From contig JBCCQY010000029.1 of assembly GCA_039208735.1 (NCBI GenBank), positions 1 through 64,000 on the forward strand: 64,000 nt of DNA, written 5' to 3'. Of this stretch, positions 31,940 to 41,866 are shown piece by piece; the first letter of the stretch is position 1, and each line of letters opens with the position of its first letter. The DNA comes from Myxococcota bacterium. Lineage in GTDB: Bacteria > Myxococcota_A > UBA796 > GCA-2862545. The translations under genes were made by a program, and so were the position numbers. The notes beneath the pieces were generated by a model that was not told the DNA's origin, made no database searches, and saw only the letters and a list, made by a program, of their open reading frames with translations.

Positions 31940-33622
31940 TCAGCGTCGGCTGCGGAACGCCTCCAGAAGCGCGGTTGTGCGCGGAGAGAGACCTCTCCCT
32001 GAGACGTCGAGTGCGGTCAGCGAACGGAGGTTGTGCGACTGGAGAATTTGACGCACTCCTTCATCTTCGAGCCGATTGCCTTCGAGGTCGAGTCGCTCGA
32101 TGCGGCTCACACTGCGGGACGCGGCCAGATCGAAGGCGGATTCGACGGTGAGGCGCGTGCCGGCGAGGCCAAGAACGCGCACGTGGCTCAAGACCGGAGA
32201 CGCTGCGATCGCACGCAGCCCTGCATCCTCGATGGGATTGTCGTCGAGCCAGAGCGCTTCGAGGCGCTGCACGAAGACCGATTGAGCCAGGCTTTCGGCT
32301 CCCCAGACTCCGATCCCGTTCGACGACAGGTCCAATGCGAGGAGCCCACCCAAGGCTTGGGATTCCATGAGGGCCGCGGTGCCTCGACTCCCGATTTGAT
32401 TGCCCGCGATCGATAGGGTCTGGGGCCGGACGACCCGGGCTTTAGCAAGGGTCTCGGCTCCCGGGGGGCCGATGTGATTGCGGTCGATCCTAAGCGTTTC
32501 GAGCTTCCGCAAGACCTTGGATCGCGCGAGAACTCGGGCTCCGCGGTCTCCCAGCCGCGTATCGGAGACGTCGAGATCCTGAATCCCGCTGAGGCCTTCG
32601 GAGCGGGCGAGGTGGCGCAAGCCCAAGGCGGTGAGGGGATTTCCCGTGAGCCGCAATCCGGTGAGGCGACGGAGGTGCATGGTCGAGGCCAGTGCTTCCG
32701 CCGCGTCGACGTCGATGGCGTTGCCGGCCAGATCGAGGGTGACGAGCCGACCGAGATAGGCGCCGCATCCGAGCGCCGCCACGCCCCGGGCGCCAATTTC
32801 GTTGTGACCGAGGTCGAGAACCTGGAGTTCGCTGAACGAAGGCAGGCGGCCTAGCTGGAGCGCCCCCGCATCGCCCAGCTCGGTCCCCGCCAGACGCAAG
32901 GTTTGCAGCCAACGTCCCGGCCGGGTGGCCCGAAATGCCTCCACGATGTCCTCGGTCAGCGGGTTGTGGCTGATGTCGAGGTGACGCAGGCGCGCAAGGT
33001 TCGGGGAGGTCAACAGGGCCTCGACCCCCTCAGGCCCGATCTGGTTGTGCGACAGATCGAGCCACTCGATGTGTCGGGCGTGCGGACACGATGCAAGGAG
33101 TCGAACCGCACCGTCGGTGAGGTGGTTTCCGACAAGGTCCAACCGTCGAATCGGCGCGAGGGAACGATCACAGAGGGTGCGGACGCCTTCGCGGCCAATG
33201 ATCTTGTGACGTAGGGAGAATCCACGCAGCACTCGCCCTACCGGGTGTTCCGCGAGCCAGCGCAGGGCGGTGGGGCGTCGAGCCACCGCGTCGACCAGGA
33301 AGCCCGCCCTCCAGGTCGAGGTCCGAACATCGATCGTGCTCATTTCGTCGTGGGACAGGCCCAGCGGCGACAGCATGGCGGTTCGGGGATCGAGCCGACG
33401 TGCCTCGTCAAGCAACGCGCGGCGCACCGGCGCTTCGAGGGGGGGGCGGGCCAATGCCGCCTCGATGGCCACGAGCCGCCCACGGCAGTCTCCGTGGGCG
33501 GTCAGCCATGCCCCATAAGCCATCCAAGCATCCACATCGTCAGGGCTGGCTCGGATCTGATCTTCCAGGTCTCCGCGTTCGTCGTTCGTCGCAGACTCGC
33601 TCGTCAGACGGTTGGACGTCAT
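31940..33622 (-). CDS. TIGR02996 domain + ribonuclease-inhibitor-like LRR protein
   Basis: IRASPDDVDAWMAYGAWLTAHGDCRG, then about 14 tandem ~27-aa LxxLDLxxNxIxxxGxxxL repeats. Confidence 0.9.
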   Translation of the reverse strand: MTSNRLTSESATNDERGDLEDQIRASPDDVDAWMAYGAWLTAHGDCRGRLVAIEAALARPPLEAPVRRALLDEARRLDPRTAMLSPLGLSHDEMSTIDVRTSTWRAGFLVDAVARRPTALRWLAEHPVGRVLRGFSLRHKIIGREGVRTLCDRSLAPIRRLDLVGNHLTDGAVRLLASCPHARHIEWLDLSHNQIGPEGVEALLTSPNLARLRHLDISHNPLTEDIVEAFRATRPGRWLQTLRLAGTELGDAGALQLGRLPSFSELQVLDLGHNEIGARGVAALGCGAYLGRLVTLDLAGNAIDVDAAEALASTMHLRRLTGLRLTGNPLTALGLRHLARSEGLSGIQDLDVSDTRLGDRGARVLARSKVLRKLETLRIDRNHIGPPGAETLAKARVVRPQTLSIAGNQIGSRGTAALMESQALGGLLALDLSSNGIGVWGAESLAQSVFVQRLEALWLDDNPIEDAGLRAIAASPVLSHVRVLGLAGTRLTVESAFDLAASRSVSRIERLDLEGNRLEDEGVRQILQSHNLRSLTALDVSGRGLSPRTTALLEAFRSRR

Positions 33623-33748
33623 AGGGGGATGCACCGTCACGCTGTTGCTCCGCGTTCGAACTTCATGTCGGTGCGGCACCCTTGCGCTTTCACTCGAGCC
33701 CGGTTGGCCATCGCATCATTCGCTTGCGGGCGGCCACGGTCGGTCGAT

Positions 33749-34822
33749 ATGCTGGGGACCGTGGCCAGGTTTACATCATTTTGGACCTTCCGTGTCGCGG
33801 TCGGTATCCTCGCGTGCGGCAGTCTTGTCGCATGCGACACAGACTGGTCGTTCCTTTCCGACGACGAGCCTACGAAGAATCCACAAGACCACGTCGAGCC
33901 CGTTGTGGGCACGCTTGCTGGTCGGGTGTGTGGCCCGTCGGGGCAGCGCTGGGTGTCCGGTGCCAAGGTCGTGGTTCGAGACACCGAGCGCGAGACGCGG
34001 ACCGACCCCTCGGGACGGTTCCAGTTTGAGGATCTCCAGACGGGACCCGTCGTGCTGGACGTCACGAAGGGCTCGTTTGCGACGGTGGTGCACGCCACGG
34101 TGACGCCGAACCCCATCGTCACGACGGTCGACCCGAGCTGCCTTAGCGGCGACGTCCAGATTGCCGTGTTCGAGGGCCTCTACGACAGCATCGAGTTCCT
34201 GCTGGCCGATCTTGGACTGCAGTACGATCTGGTTCGAGCAGAGGATACCGCCGAGTGGCTGCGGAATCCCGAAAATCTCACCGCCTACGACATGCTGTTC
34301 TTCAATTGCGGGATGCGCCTCGATTGGCGGCTTTACCCCGAGATTGCGGTGCGGCTGCGGGAGTACGTCAAGCAAGGGGGCTCGATCTACGCCTCAGATC
34401 TTGCCTACCTCATCATCGAAGATGCGTTTCCCGAGGCCATCGACTTCCACGGCCATGACAAAGAGCCGACCGACGTGCAGCGGGGCGTAGAGGGCGACTA
34501 CACGGCTGCCGTGGTCGACCGCGACCTCCAAATCGCGTTGGGCGATAGCACCGCCCACATCCGCTACGACCTTCGAAATTGGACGATCGCCCGGCGTGCC
34601 GATGGGGGAGATGCGTTGCTTCGGGCCTCGGTCCTTGCTGCGCCGGACGATCCGACCGAAAAGCCTGTCCCCGTCGATAGTGTGCTGGCCGCTCGGGTTC
34701 GGGTGGGAGAGGGGAGCGTGGTGTTTACGTCGTTCCACAACGAAACGCAGACCAGCGCGAACGCCCAGCCCATCACGAGCGACATGCTCCGCATTCTCGA
34801 AGACATCATCCTGTCGCTCTGA
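33749..34822 (+). CDS. Lipoprotein with carboxypeptidase-regulatory-like domain and a glutamine-amidotransferase-like C-terminal domain
   Basis: Lipobox LVAC; GAKV...TRTDPSGRFQF; YDMLFFNCG, LREYVKQGGSIYASD, FTSFHN. Confidence 0.7.
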   Translation: MLGTVARFTSFWTFRVAVGILACGSLVACDTDWSFLSDDEPTKNPQDHVEPVVGTLAGRVCGPSGQRWVSGAKVVVRDTERETRTDPSGRFQFEDLQTGPVVLDVTKGSFATVVHATVTPNPIVTTVDPSCLSGDVQIAVFEGLYDSIEFLLADLGLQYDLVRAEDTAEWLRNPENLTAYDMLFFNCGMRLDWRLYPEIAVRLREYVKQGGSIYASDLAYLIIEDAFPEAIDFHGHDKEPTDVQRGVEGDYTAAVVDRDLQIALGDSTAHIRYDLRNWTIARRADGGDALLRASVLAAPDDPTEKPVPVDSVLAARVRVGEGSVVFTSFHNETQTSANAQPITSDMLRILEDIILSL

Positions 34823-34909
34823 GTTGGCCCGAAGTTTGCAGCCCGCGAGCGGCAGGTGTTTCCGCCTCAGGGTGGATGTGGACCGGGGGAGCCGGTCCAG
34901 GGAGACTGC

Positions 34910-35062
34910 ATGGCCAGCGAAGTAGCGATCACGAAGGGTACCAGCATGATGTCGGCGTGGCTCCTCGGAGGTGGCGCATTGCTCGGTACGGGCGCGGTCG
35001 CCACGCTGCTGGGCTATCTGGCCCAGGTCGTGTGTGCGTGGGCCGGGGTGCCGCTCGGATGA
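34910..35062 (+). CDS. Small (50 aa) membrane protein
   Basis: GGAG RBS just before the ATG, one hydrophobic stretch, fills the gap before ccmA. Confidence 0.45.
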   Translation: MASEVAITKGTSMMSAWLLGGGALLGTGAVATLLGYLAQVVCAWAGVPLG

Positions 35063-35093
35063 TCGAGCTGTCTGCTGGCCCAACGGAGGGCCG

Positions 35094-35786
35094 GTGAGCC
35101 AAGGATTGTCGGTCGAAGACGTGTCGCGCCGCTACGGGCGTCGATGGGCGCTTGCCCGGGTGACCCTTGAGATTCCTCCTGGGGACTCATGGATGCTGCT
35201 TGGTCCCAACGGGTCAGGCAAAAGTACGCTCATCAAGTGCTTGTCCACCCGCCTCAAAGTGCACCACGGGACCATCCGCCTCGGTGGCGAGGATCTATGG
35301 ATGCATCGATCGAGGTTGCGGCGCCAGATCGCGGTACTGAGCCACGACTCCGCACTCTACGACGATCTCTCGAGTCGAGAGAATCTCGATGTGTGGGCAC
35401 GGCTCGGGGCCTTTTCGCCCGATCCGGTGTCGCTGTTGGAACGGGTGGGACTGGAGCCAGACCGTCCGGACCCCGTTCGCACGTACTCGGCAGGGATGCG
35501 CAAACGGTTGGCGCTCGCACGGGTCCTCCTCAAGCAACCTTCGATTCTCCTGCTCGATGAGCCGTTCACCGCGCTTGATCCGGCGGGCCGGGACCTCTTG
35601 GTGAGCGTCATTCGAGAACTTCAGGAAGGGGGCACCACGCTCATCATGGCCACCCACCTGCCTCGCGTGGCCCAACAAGTCTGTGCGAATGCGCTCGTGC
35701 TCGAGTCGGGCCAGCCCATCTACCAGGGCCCGTCATCCGACGTGCCCGCTGATCGACTCGGAATGCAGGAGGCAAATCCATCATGA
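35094..35786 (+). CDS. ccmA: Heme ABC exporter ATP-binding protein CcmA
   Basis: GPNGSGKS, YSAGM, LLLDEPF; first gene of the ccm operon; GTG start after GGAGG. Confidence 0.9.
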   Translation: MSQGLSVEDVSRRYGRRWALARVTLEIPPGDSWMLLGPNGSGKSTLIKCLSTRLKVHHGTIRLGGEDLWMHRSRLRRQIAVLSHDSALYDDLSSRENLDVWARLGAFSPDPVSLLERVGLEPDRPDPVRTYSAGMRKRLALARVLLKQPSILLLDEPFTALDPAGRDLLVSVIRELQEGGTTLIMATHLPRVAQQVCANALVLESGQPIYQGPSSDVPADRLGMQEANPS

Positions 35787-36463
35787 CGCGCACGTTGCTC
35801 GGTCAGATCGGTCAGATGGTGCGCAAAGAGCTGCTCACGGAGTGGCGACAGCGTTCGCGGGTGTTGGGCATCTTCTTCTTTTCGTTGGCGGTGTTGCTGA
35901 TGGTTGGCTTTGCGACCCCCAGCGCAAAGGCGCTCCAGGAGATTGCCGGCGGCACCCTGTGGCTCGCCCTGCTACTGGCCTCCACCCGTTCGCTCGACCA
36001 GTCCTATGCGGTCGAAAACGAACATGGCGCGATGGACGGTCTGCTGCTTTGGCCCGTTGATCCGGTGGCGATCTACTATGGAAAGGCCATCGCCAACACG
36101 CTCATTCTCATCGTAGTGGCGAGTGCGACCCTGCCGATGCTGCTTGCGGTCTTCGACGCCGAGATCCGAGGGAATGTGTCGATGTTGGTGCCCATCGTCA
36201 TCTTGGGTTGTGCGGCCCTCGCGGCTCCGGGAACCTTCTACGGGCTCATCACCTCCCAAGCGCGTGGCTCTTCGGTCATGCTCCCGCTGATGCTGTTCCC
36301 GCTGGTTGTCCCCGCGATTCTCGCTGCGGCAAATGCGACGACCAAGATCTTCGAAGGCGATCCAATGGGACAGGCCCCCGGTTGGCTCGGTATCCTGGTG
36401 GTGTTCAACGCCGTCCACTGGTCGCTGGCGGGCGCTCTGTACGGATGGTTTCTCGAAGACTGA
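35783..36463 (+). CDS. ccmB: Heme exporter permease CcmB
   Basis: KEL..EWR, ENEHGAMDGLLL, LPLMLFPL..P; about six TM segments. Confidence 0.9.
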   Translation: MTRTLLGQIGQMVRKELLTEWRQRSRVLGIFFFSLAVLLMVGFATPSAKALQEIAGGTLWLALLLASTRSLDQSYAVENEHGAMDGLLLWPVDPVAIYYGKAIANTLILIVVASATLPMLLAVFDAEIRGNVSMLVPIVILGCAALAAPGTFYGLITSQARGSSVMLPLMLFPLVVPAILAAANATTKIFEGDPMGQAPGWLGILVVFNAVHWSLAGALYGWFLED

Positions 36464-36478
36464 TTGCGGGAGCGCCAA

Positions 36479-37672
36479 ATGTGGGGGATTGTCGGGTGGA
36501 GTTTGGCATGGGCACAACCCGCGACGGTCCTGGAGCCGCCCGCACCCGTCCTTTCGGATGTCGAAGCGACAACGGTGCCCGAGGCGCCTGAAACCGACCT
36601 CGAGCAGCGAGCGTTCTACGAGGCTGCGGCCCTGCTGCCGGCGGTGGCCCGCATCCCACGCGAACCGATCCCAGGTGCGGTCGACGAGCCGTTCCCGCTG
36701 TATCGGCCGGTCACGGACTGGGCCGAATGGGAGTCCGCACCTCGCGTGGTGGTCCTGCGGTCGGGCTGGGTGGCCCACGCTCCCGAGGTGATGGACGGGC
36801 TGGGCTACGACTCCGAGCCAATCCGACGTGAGCTTGCCAAACGTGAGCGGCAGAGACGCTGGATGGTCCGATTGACCGGCCTAAGTCTGTTGGGAACGGT
36901 CGCCGCGGCCACGGTGCCGGAGCGGGGACGACGTCGTCCGTGGGTTGTCGGGTCCCTCGCACTGGCGGGCACCTCCCTGCTCACCGCCGTTGTGATTCAA
37001 GGCCAAGTCGACAGGCTCAACGACCTGGAGTGGCACTTCGAACGCAAGGCGCTGTGGGACGACCTGCAGACCTACAACCAGCGCCTTGAAGAGGGGCTCG
37101 CCGCAGCGGCTCAGCAAACTGAAGCGGAGCGGGCGGCCGCCGAGTTTCGAGCGACCTACCGGGCCGCGCGGGTCACCCTCCACGAAGCCGACGTGACCCG
37201 TGGTTGGTATGCGACGGTCGGATTGCAGTTGCACGCCCCCGAGCTGACACACCTCGCGCATCCGAGTGACCAGCGCGGTGTCGATCACCTCATCGCACGT
37301 CATGGCGGACGATGGATCGACACCCCCACCTTGCTCGAGACCCTCGGCGAGGACCCCTCGCAGCTCGAACGGCGCATTCGTCGAAAGCGCAACACGGGGC
37401 AGGTCTTCGTGGGTCTTGGCACGATGGTCGCGTTCGTACCGTTGGCCCGACGATCCATCGCCCCCCAACGACCGGGTGCCGTCACCGCGGCGTCGATCGC
37501 AGCCAGCGCGGTGTCGTTTTATTCCGCAACCCGCCTCTTTCGGAGTTCTCGGCGGGCCCGGTGGGATCTCGATGCCACGTGGTCCCGCGAACGCACCATC
37601 GAGCGCGTTGAGGCCTACAACGCCGAGCTGCTGGGCGATCTCGAGCGCCGGGAGGTTGCCACGAACCCGTAA
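36479..37672 (+). CDS. Hypothetical membrane protein with internal two-fold repeat
   Basis: Signal-peptide-like start; two basic-helix + TM-hairpin + DL...YN..L units. Confidence 0.65.
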   Translation: MWGIVGWSLAWAQPATVLEPPAPVLSDVEATTVPEAPETDLEQRAFYEAAALLPAVARIPREPIPGAVDEPFPLYRPVTDWAEWESAPRVVVLRSGWVAHAPEVMDGLGYDSEPIRRELAKRERQRRWMVRLTGLSLLGTVAAATVPERGRRRPWVVGSLALAGTSLLTAVVIQGQVDRLNDLEWHFERKALWDDLQTYNQRLEEGLAAAAQQTEAERAAAEFRATYRAARVTLHEADVTRGWYATVGLQLHAPELTHLAHPSDQRGVDHLIARHGGRWIDTPTLLETLGEDPSQLERRIRRKRNTGQVFVGLGTMVAFVPLARRSIAPQRPGAVTAASIAASAVSFYSATRLFRSSRRARWDLDATWSRERTIERVEAYNAELLGDLERREVATNP

Positions 37673-37823
37673 ACATCAGGCTCCTATGACGTGCGACTGA
37701 TTTGTCGCGATCTCGGCATCCGGATGGGGTAGCGCCGCCCCACAACGGAGGATTTCGGCCGAAAGACATCTGATTGCAATCGGATCTGACGGGTCGAACC
37801 CGTGGAGTCGGCCGTGCAACGGA

Positions 37824-38699
37824 TTGTCTCGGAGACGCGCGGGTTCCGGCGGTGGCACTGGTACGTTGATTGCACAGGCGGCCTGTCACACGGCGGCCGC
37901 GATACCGGCTTTGGCCGCAACCCCCTGGAGGTGTGCCATCACCCTCGTTGGAATCGTCTTCTTCGTAGGTGTCGCCTATCTGATCGCGATGACGGTACCG
38001 TCGATCCGCCAAGCCATTCCCGTCGAGTGGGAGCACCCCATCGGGTTGTACGGCATCATTTTGATGCTGACGGGAACCGGTCTCGGACTGATCGTGTCTC
38101 CCGAAGAGCGGTTTATGGGCGATGTGGGGCGAATCCTCCACGTCCATGTGCCGTCGGCCTGGGTGAGCATGCTCTGCTTCCTCGTGGCCTTCGTGTTCGC
38201 ATTGAGCTTCTTGTTCACGGCCAAGCGCACCTGGGACTCCGCAATGGAGGCTGCGTGCGAGGTTGGAACCGTGCTCGGCATGCTTCTGCTCATCACGGGC
38301 GCCATCTTCAGCCGCCCCACATTTGGCGTGTGGTGGAGCTGGGATCCGCGTCTCACCACGTCGGCGGCCATGGTGATGTCGTTCGTGGCGGTGTTGATGT
38401 TGCGGGGGCTGGTCAATGATCCGGATCGGCGGGCCACCTGGTCAGCCATTGTGACGATCATGGCCGCAGTCAATGTCCCGGTGACCTACATGTCGGTCAA
38501 ATGGTGGCGTTCGCTCCACCAGATCCAGTCCGAGACCATGGGCGGGTCGGCCATCGACCCAACGATGCGCTGGATCATGTACTTCAATTCTGCCGCTTTG
38601 CTGTTCGTGGCCGTTTGGTTCATTGCACAGCGCTGGCGGCTTGCCGAGGTTCGGGCCGAACAGGAAATGCCCGAGCCGCTGCCGGAGGTGGCGCTGTGA
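37824..38699 (+). CDS. ccmC: Heme exporter CcmC
   Basis: HVHVPSA, WWD motif FGVWWSWDPRLT, WWRSLHQ. Start codon uncertain. Confidence 0.92.
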   Translation: MSRRRAGSGGGTGTLIAQAACHTAAAIPALAATPWRCAITLVGIVFFVGVAYLIAMTVPSIRQAIPVEWEHPIGLYGIILMLTGTGLGLIVSPEERFMGDVGRILHVHVPSAWVSMLCFLVAFVFALSFLFTAKRTWDSAMEAACEVGTVLGMLLLITGAIFSRPTFGVWWSWDPRLTTSAAMVMSFVAVLMLRGLVNDPDRRATWSAIVTIMAAVNVPVTYMSVKWWRSLHQIQSETMGGSAIDPTMRWIMYFNSAALLFVAVWFIAQRWRLAEVRAEQEMPEPLPEVAL

Positions 38700-38833
38700 T
38701 TCCGTTGGTGGCTCAGGGTGGGGTGATTTCGGGAGGCTGGGAGTACGTGATTCCGGCCTACCTCGCAACGTGGATTTTTGTCGGAGGTTACGCGGTGAGC
38801 CTCGTCCTTCGACGCCGGGAGCAGAACTCATGA
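38696..38833 (+). CDS. ccmD: CcmD-like small membrane protein
   Basis: 45 aa, WEYVIPAY + TM segment + basic tail; overlaps the ccmC stop and the ccmE start. Confidence 0.75.
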   Translation: MIPLVAQGGVISGGWEYVIPAYLATWIFVGGYAVSLVLRRREQNS

Positions 38834-39285
38834 CCGATGCGATGCAGAAGCGACTGTTTGGGGTGGGTGCGGTGCTGGTAGCTGCCGGCGCACTGGCCTG
38901 GATCTCGATGTCGGACCTCGGTGAGAACTTGGTGTACTACTGGTCGCCGACCGAGCTGATGACGGCCGAAAATGCCCAGGACGCGACGGTGCGCCTGGGC
39001 GGCATGGTGGTGCCCGGCTCACTCGAGCACGACACGACGAATGCCCACATCAGCTTCGATGTCACCGATGGCACCACGACCGTGCACGTCGAGAGCGAAG
39101 GCAATCCGCCGCAGATGTTCCGTGAAGGCATCGGCGTGGTGGTCGAGGGCAAGCTCGGGGCCGACCAAGACTTCGTCGCCGACAAAGTCATGGTCAAGCA
39201 CAGCAACGAGTACGAGAAGCCCGACGGCGAGATCGACATGGAGAAAATGCAGCAGACGCTCGCCGAAGGTGAGGCTCGCCAGTGA
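38830..39285 (+). CDS. ccmE: Heme chaperone CcmE
   Basis: VRLGGMV, PQMFREGIGVVVEG, heme-binding KHSNEY (HxxxY). Confidence 0.95.
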   Translation: MTDAMQKRLFGVGAVLVAAGALAWISMSDLGENLVYYWSPTELMTAENAQDATVRLGGMVVPGSLEHDTTNAHISFDVTDGTTTVHVESEGNPPQMFREGIGVVVEGKLGADQDFVADKVMVKHSNEYEKPDGEIDMEKMQQTLAEGEARQ

Positions 39286-41309
39286 TTCCCGATTCAGTAT
39301 CGGACTTTGGACGCCTGATCGTCCTGCTAAGCCTGTTCTTCGCCGCGATGGGATGCCTGGCTGGTGCTTGGGCCGGCTGGCGGAAGAACACGAAGGCCTG
39401 GGAACTCGCGCGCAACAGCGCCTATGGGTTTTCGGCCTCGATGATTCTTGCCAACTTGCTCATGGTGTACGCCCTCGTCACGCACGACTTCACAGTGTCG
39501 TACGTGGCCGAGGTCGGGTCCAAGCAAACGCCGCTGTACTTCACGATCGTGAGCCTATGGGCCAGCCTCAACGGCTCCATCCTGTTTTGGGGTGGGGTGT
39601 TGGGCGTCTACACGGGCCTGATGGTGTTCTCGCTCGGCGACAAGTACCGCGAGTACACACCCTGGGCGCTGCATGTGCTCATGGGCGTGTCGATCTTCTT
39701 TGCGTTCCTCGTGGCGAGCATCGCCAACCCGTTTGCCCCCACCGACCCCGAAACGCTTGCGATGATCGAGCGGATGGGCGACGGGCCGGGTCCGAACGCC
39801 CTCCTTCAAAACCACTGGCTCATGGCCATCCATCCGCCCATGCTCTACCTCGGCTACGTCGGGATGAGTGTTCCGTTCAGCTTGATCTGCGCGGCGTTGT
39901 TGGCGGGCCGTCTCGAAGCAGGCTGGATGGTTCCCGTACGCCGGTGGATGCTCATTCCGTGGGGCTTCCTGTCGGTGGGCATCATCCTTGGTGGTTGGTG
40001 GTCGTACGCCGTGCTCGGTTGGGGCGGCGCATGGGCCTGGGACCCCGTCGAAAACGCGAGCTTCCACCCCTGGCTGACCGGTACGGCCTTCATTCATTCG
40101 GCCATGGTGCTGCAGCGCAAGGGCAAACTGCGGGATTGGACGCTCGTGCTCGGGCTGTCGACGTTCCTGCTCACGTTGCTCGGCACGTTCATGACGCGTT
40201 CAGGCGTGTTCAACTCGGTGCACAGCTTTACGCAGTCTTCGATTGGGCCCGTCTTCCTTTACTTTATCGCGTTCACCTTCCTGTACTCGATCGTGCTGCT
40301 CTCGCTGCGTTCGCACGTCCTCGATGACGTGTCGCGGGCGAATGATGAGCGCCTCGGAAGCCGCCCTGACAATGCGGGTCTGCTGTCTCGCGAGACGTCG
40401 ATCCTCATCCAGAACGCGACCTTCAGCGCCTTCACCTTCATGGTGCTGCTCGGCACGATCTACCCGTTGCTTGCAGAAGCGATCCAAGGCAAGCGCTTGT
40501 CGGTCGGCGAGCCCTACTTCGACAAGTTCGCCCTGCCGTTGGGACTCCTGCTTGTCTTCTTGATGGGCATTGGCCCGGCGTTGCCTTGGGGCGGCATGCG
40601 GCCTGACCGGGCCCTGCGGCGCCTCACCGGTCCCGTCATCCTCGGCGTGCTCTTCGTCGTGGGATCGGCGGTGGGCGGCTTTGCCAAGCCCATGACCTTG
40701 TTGGCGATGTTCCTCATCGGATTTGCGCTGTACACGAACGTCAATGAGTTTGTGGAGCCCGTGCGGGTGCGCATGAGCGCCAAGCCCGACGAGGGTTTCC
40801 TTGGGTCTGCGTGGAAGGTCTGGACGAAGGCACAGCGACGCTTCGGGGGCCACATCGCTCACTACGGTGTGTTGCTCGCCGTGTTCTCGCTGGCTCTGAC
40901 CAAGGGCTACCGGACCGAGAGCGAGTTCAACCTCGACACGAACGAAGCGGCACAGTTTGCGGGCTACTCTTTCACCTTCATGGGGTCTGAGGCGATCAAT
41001 GAGCCGCATCGCCTGTCCAACATCGCTTCGTTCGACGTCGAGGGCGTGGGGGTCTTGGCTCCGCGATTGAACAGCTACTACCAGGGCCGCATGGCGGGCC
41101 AGCCCATCTTCACGCCTGCCGTCCACAGCACGCCTACGCACGATCTGTACTTCTCGATCCTCCAGGTCTCGGAGGATGGGCAGAACATCATCGTGCGAGT
41201 CATCCACGAGCCGTTCCAGGTGTGGTTGTGGGTGTCGCTGTTCGTGATTGCGGGCGGCACGATCATCACGCTGTTACCGACCGCACGTCGGCGGGCGGGG
41301 GCAACGTGA
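39282..41309 (+). CDS. ccmF: Cytochrome c heme lyase CcmF
   Basis: IHPPMLYLGY, WSYAVLGWGGAWAWDPVENAS, TRSGVFNSVHSF. Confidence 0.97.
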   Translation: MIPDSVSDFGRLIVLLSLFFAAMGCLAGAWAGWRKNTKAWELARNSAYGFSASMILANLLMVYALVTHDFTVSYVAEVGSKQTPLYFTIVSLWASLNGSILFWGGVLGVYTGLMVFSLGDKYREYTPWALHVLMGVSIFFAFLVASIANPFAPTDPETLAMIERMGDGPGPNALLQNHWLMAIHPPMLYLGYVGMSVPFSLICAALLAGRLEAGWMVPVRRWMLIPWGFLSVGIILGGWWSYAVLGWGGAWAWDPVENASFHPWLTGTAFIHSAMVLQRKGKLRDWTLVLGLSTFLLTLLGTFMTRSGVFNSVHSFTQSSIGPVFLYFIAFTFLYSIVLLSLRSHVLDDVSRANDERLGSRPDNAGLLSRETSILIQNATFSAFTFMVLLGTIYPLLAEAIQGKRLSVGEPYFDKFALPLGLLLVFLMGIGPALPWGGMRPDRALRRLTGPVILGVLFVVGSAVGGFAKPMTLLAMFLIGFALYTNVNEFVEPVRVRMSAKPDEGFLGSAWKVWTKAQRRFGGHIAHYGVLLAVFSLALTKGYRTESEFNLDTNEAAQFAGYSFTFMGSEAINEPHRLSNIASFDVEGVGVLAPRLNSYYQGRMAGQPIFTPAVHSTPTHDLYFSILQVSEDGQNIIVRVIHEPFQVWLWVSLFVIAGGTIITLLPTARRRAGAT

Positions 41310-41866
41310 ATCGGGTGAATTGGCCCATTCTGGGCATTGGGGTCGCGGTCACCGCAGTCCTTGTGCTGATCTTGAACAGTGGCTTTGGTGTCGACCCGAA
41401 GGCGTTGCCTGACGCGTTGACCGGCAAGGATGCCCCTACGTTCAAGCTCGTCGACCTCAATGGCAAGGAATGGTCCCAGAAAGAACTCGAGGGTCGGCCG
41501 GTCTTCGTCAACTTCTGGTCGACGTGGTGTGGCCCCTGCAAAATGGAGCATCCCATGCTCCTTCAGGCGGCGCGCCGCTACCCTGACGTTCAGTTCGTGG
41601 GCATCATCTACAGCGACGACAACAACAAGGTTCGCTTTCAGATGCGCTCACCGCCCTACGATCAGCTCATGGACGCGCTCGTGACCTCGGGCGTGGCTTA
41701 CCCGAACCTCGACGATTCGACCGGTTTGGCCGCACTGGACTACGGCGTAGGTGGGGTTCCCGAGTCCTTCTTCATCGACCGATCGGGCCGCATCACGCAC
41801 AAAGAAGTCGGGCCGTTGACGGCGCAGAAGCTTACCGAACAACTCGACCGGATCATGGCCAAATGA
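41306..41866 (+). CDS. ccmG: Thiol:disulfide oxidoreductase CcmG/DsbE
   Basis: N-terminal TM segment, NFWSTWCGPC, YGVGGVPESF. Confidence 0.9.
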   Translation: MNRVNWPILGIGVAVTAVLVLILNSGFGVDPKALPDALTGKDAPTFKLVDLNGKEWSQKELEGRPVFVNFWSTWCGPCKMEHPMLLQAARRYPDVQFVGIIYSDDNNKVRFQMRSPPYDQLMDALVTSGVAYPNLDDSTGLAALDYGVGGVPESFFIDRSGRITHKEVGPLTAQKLTEQLDRIMAK

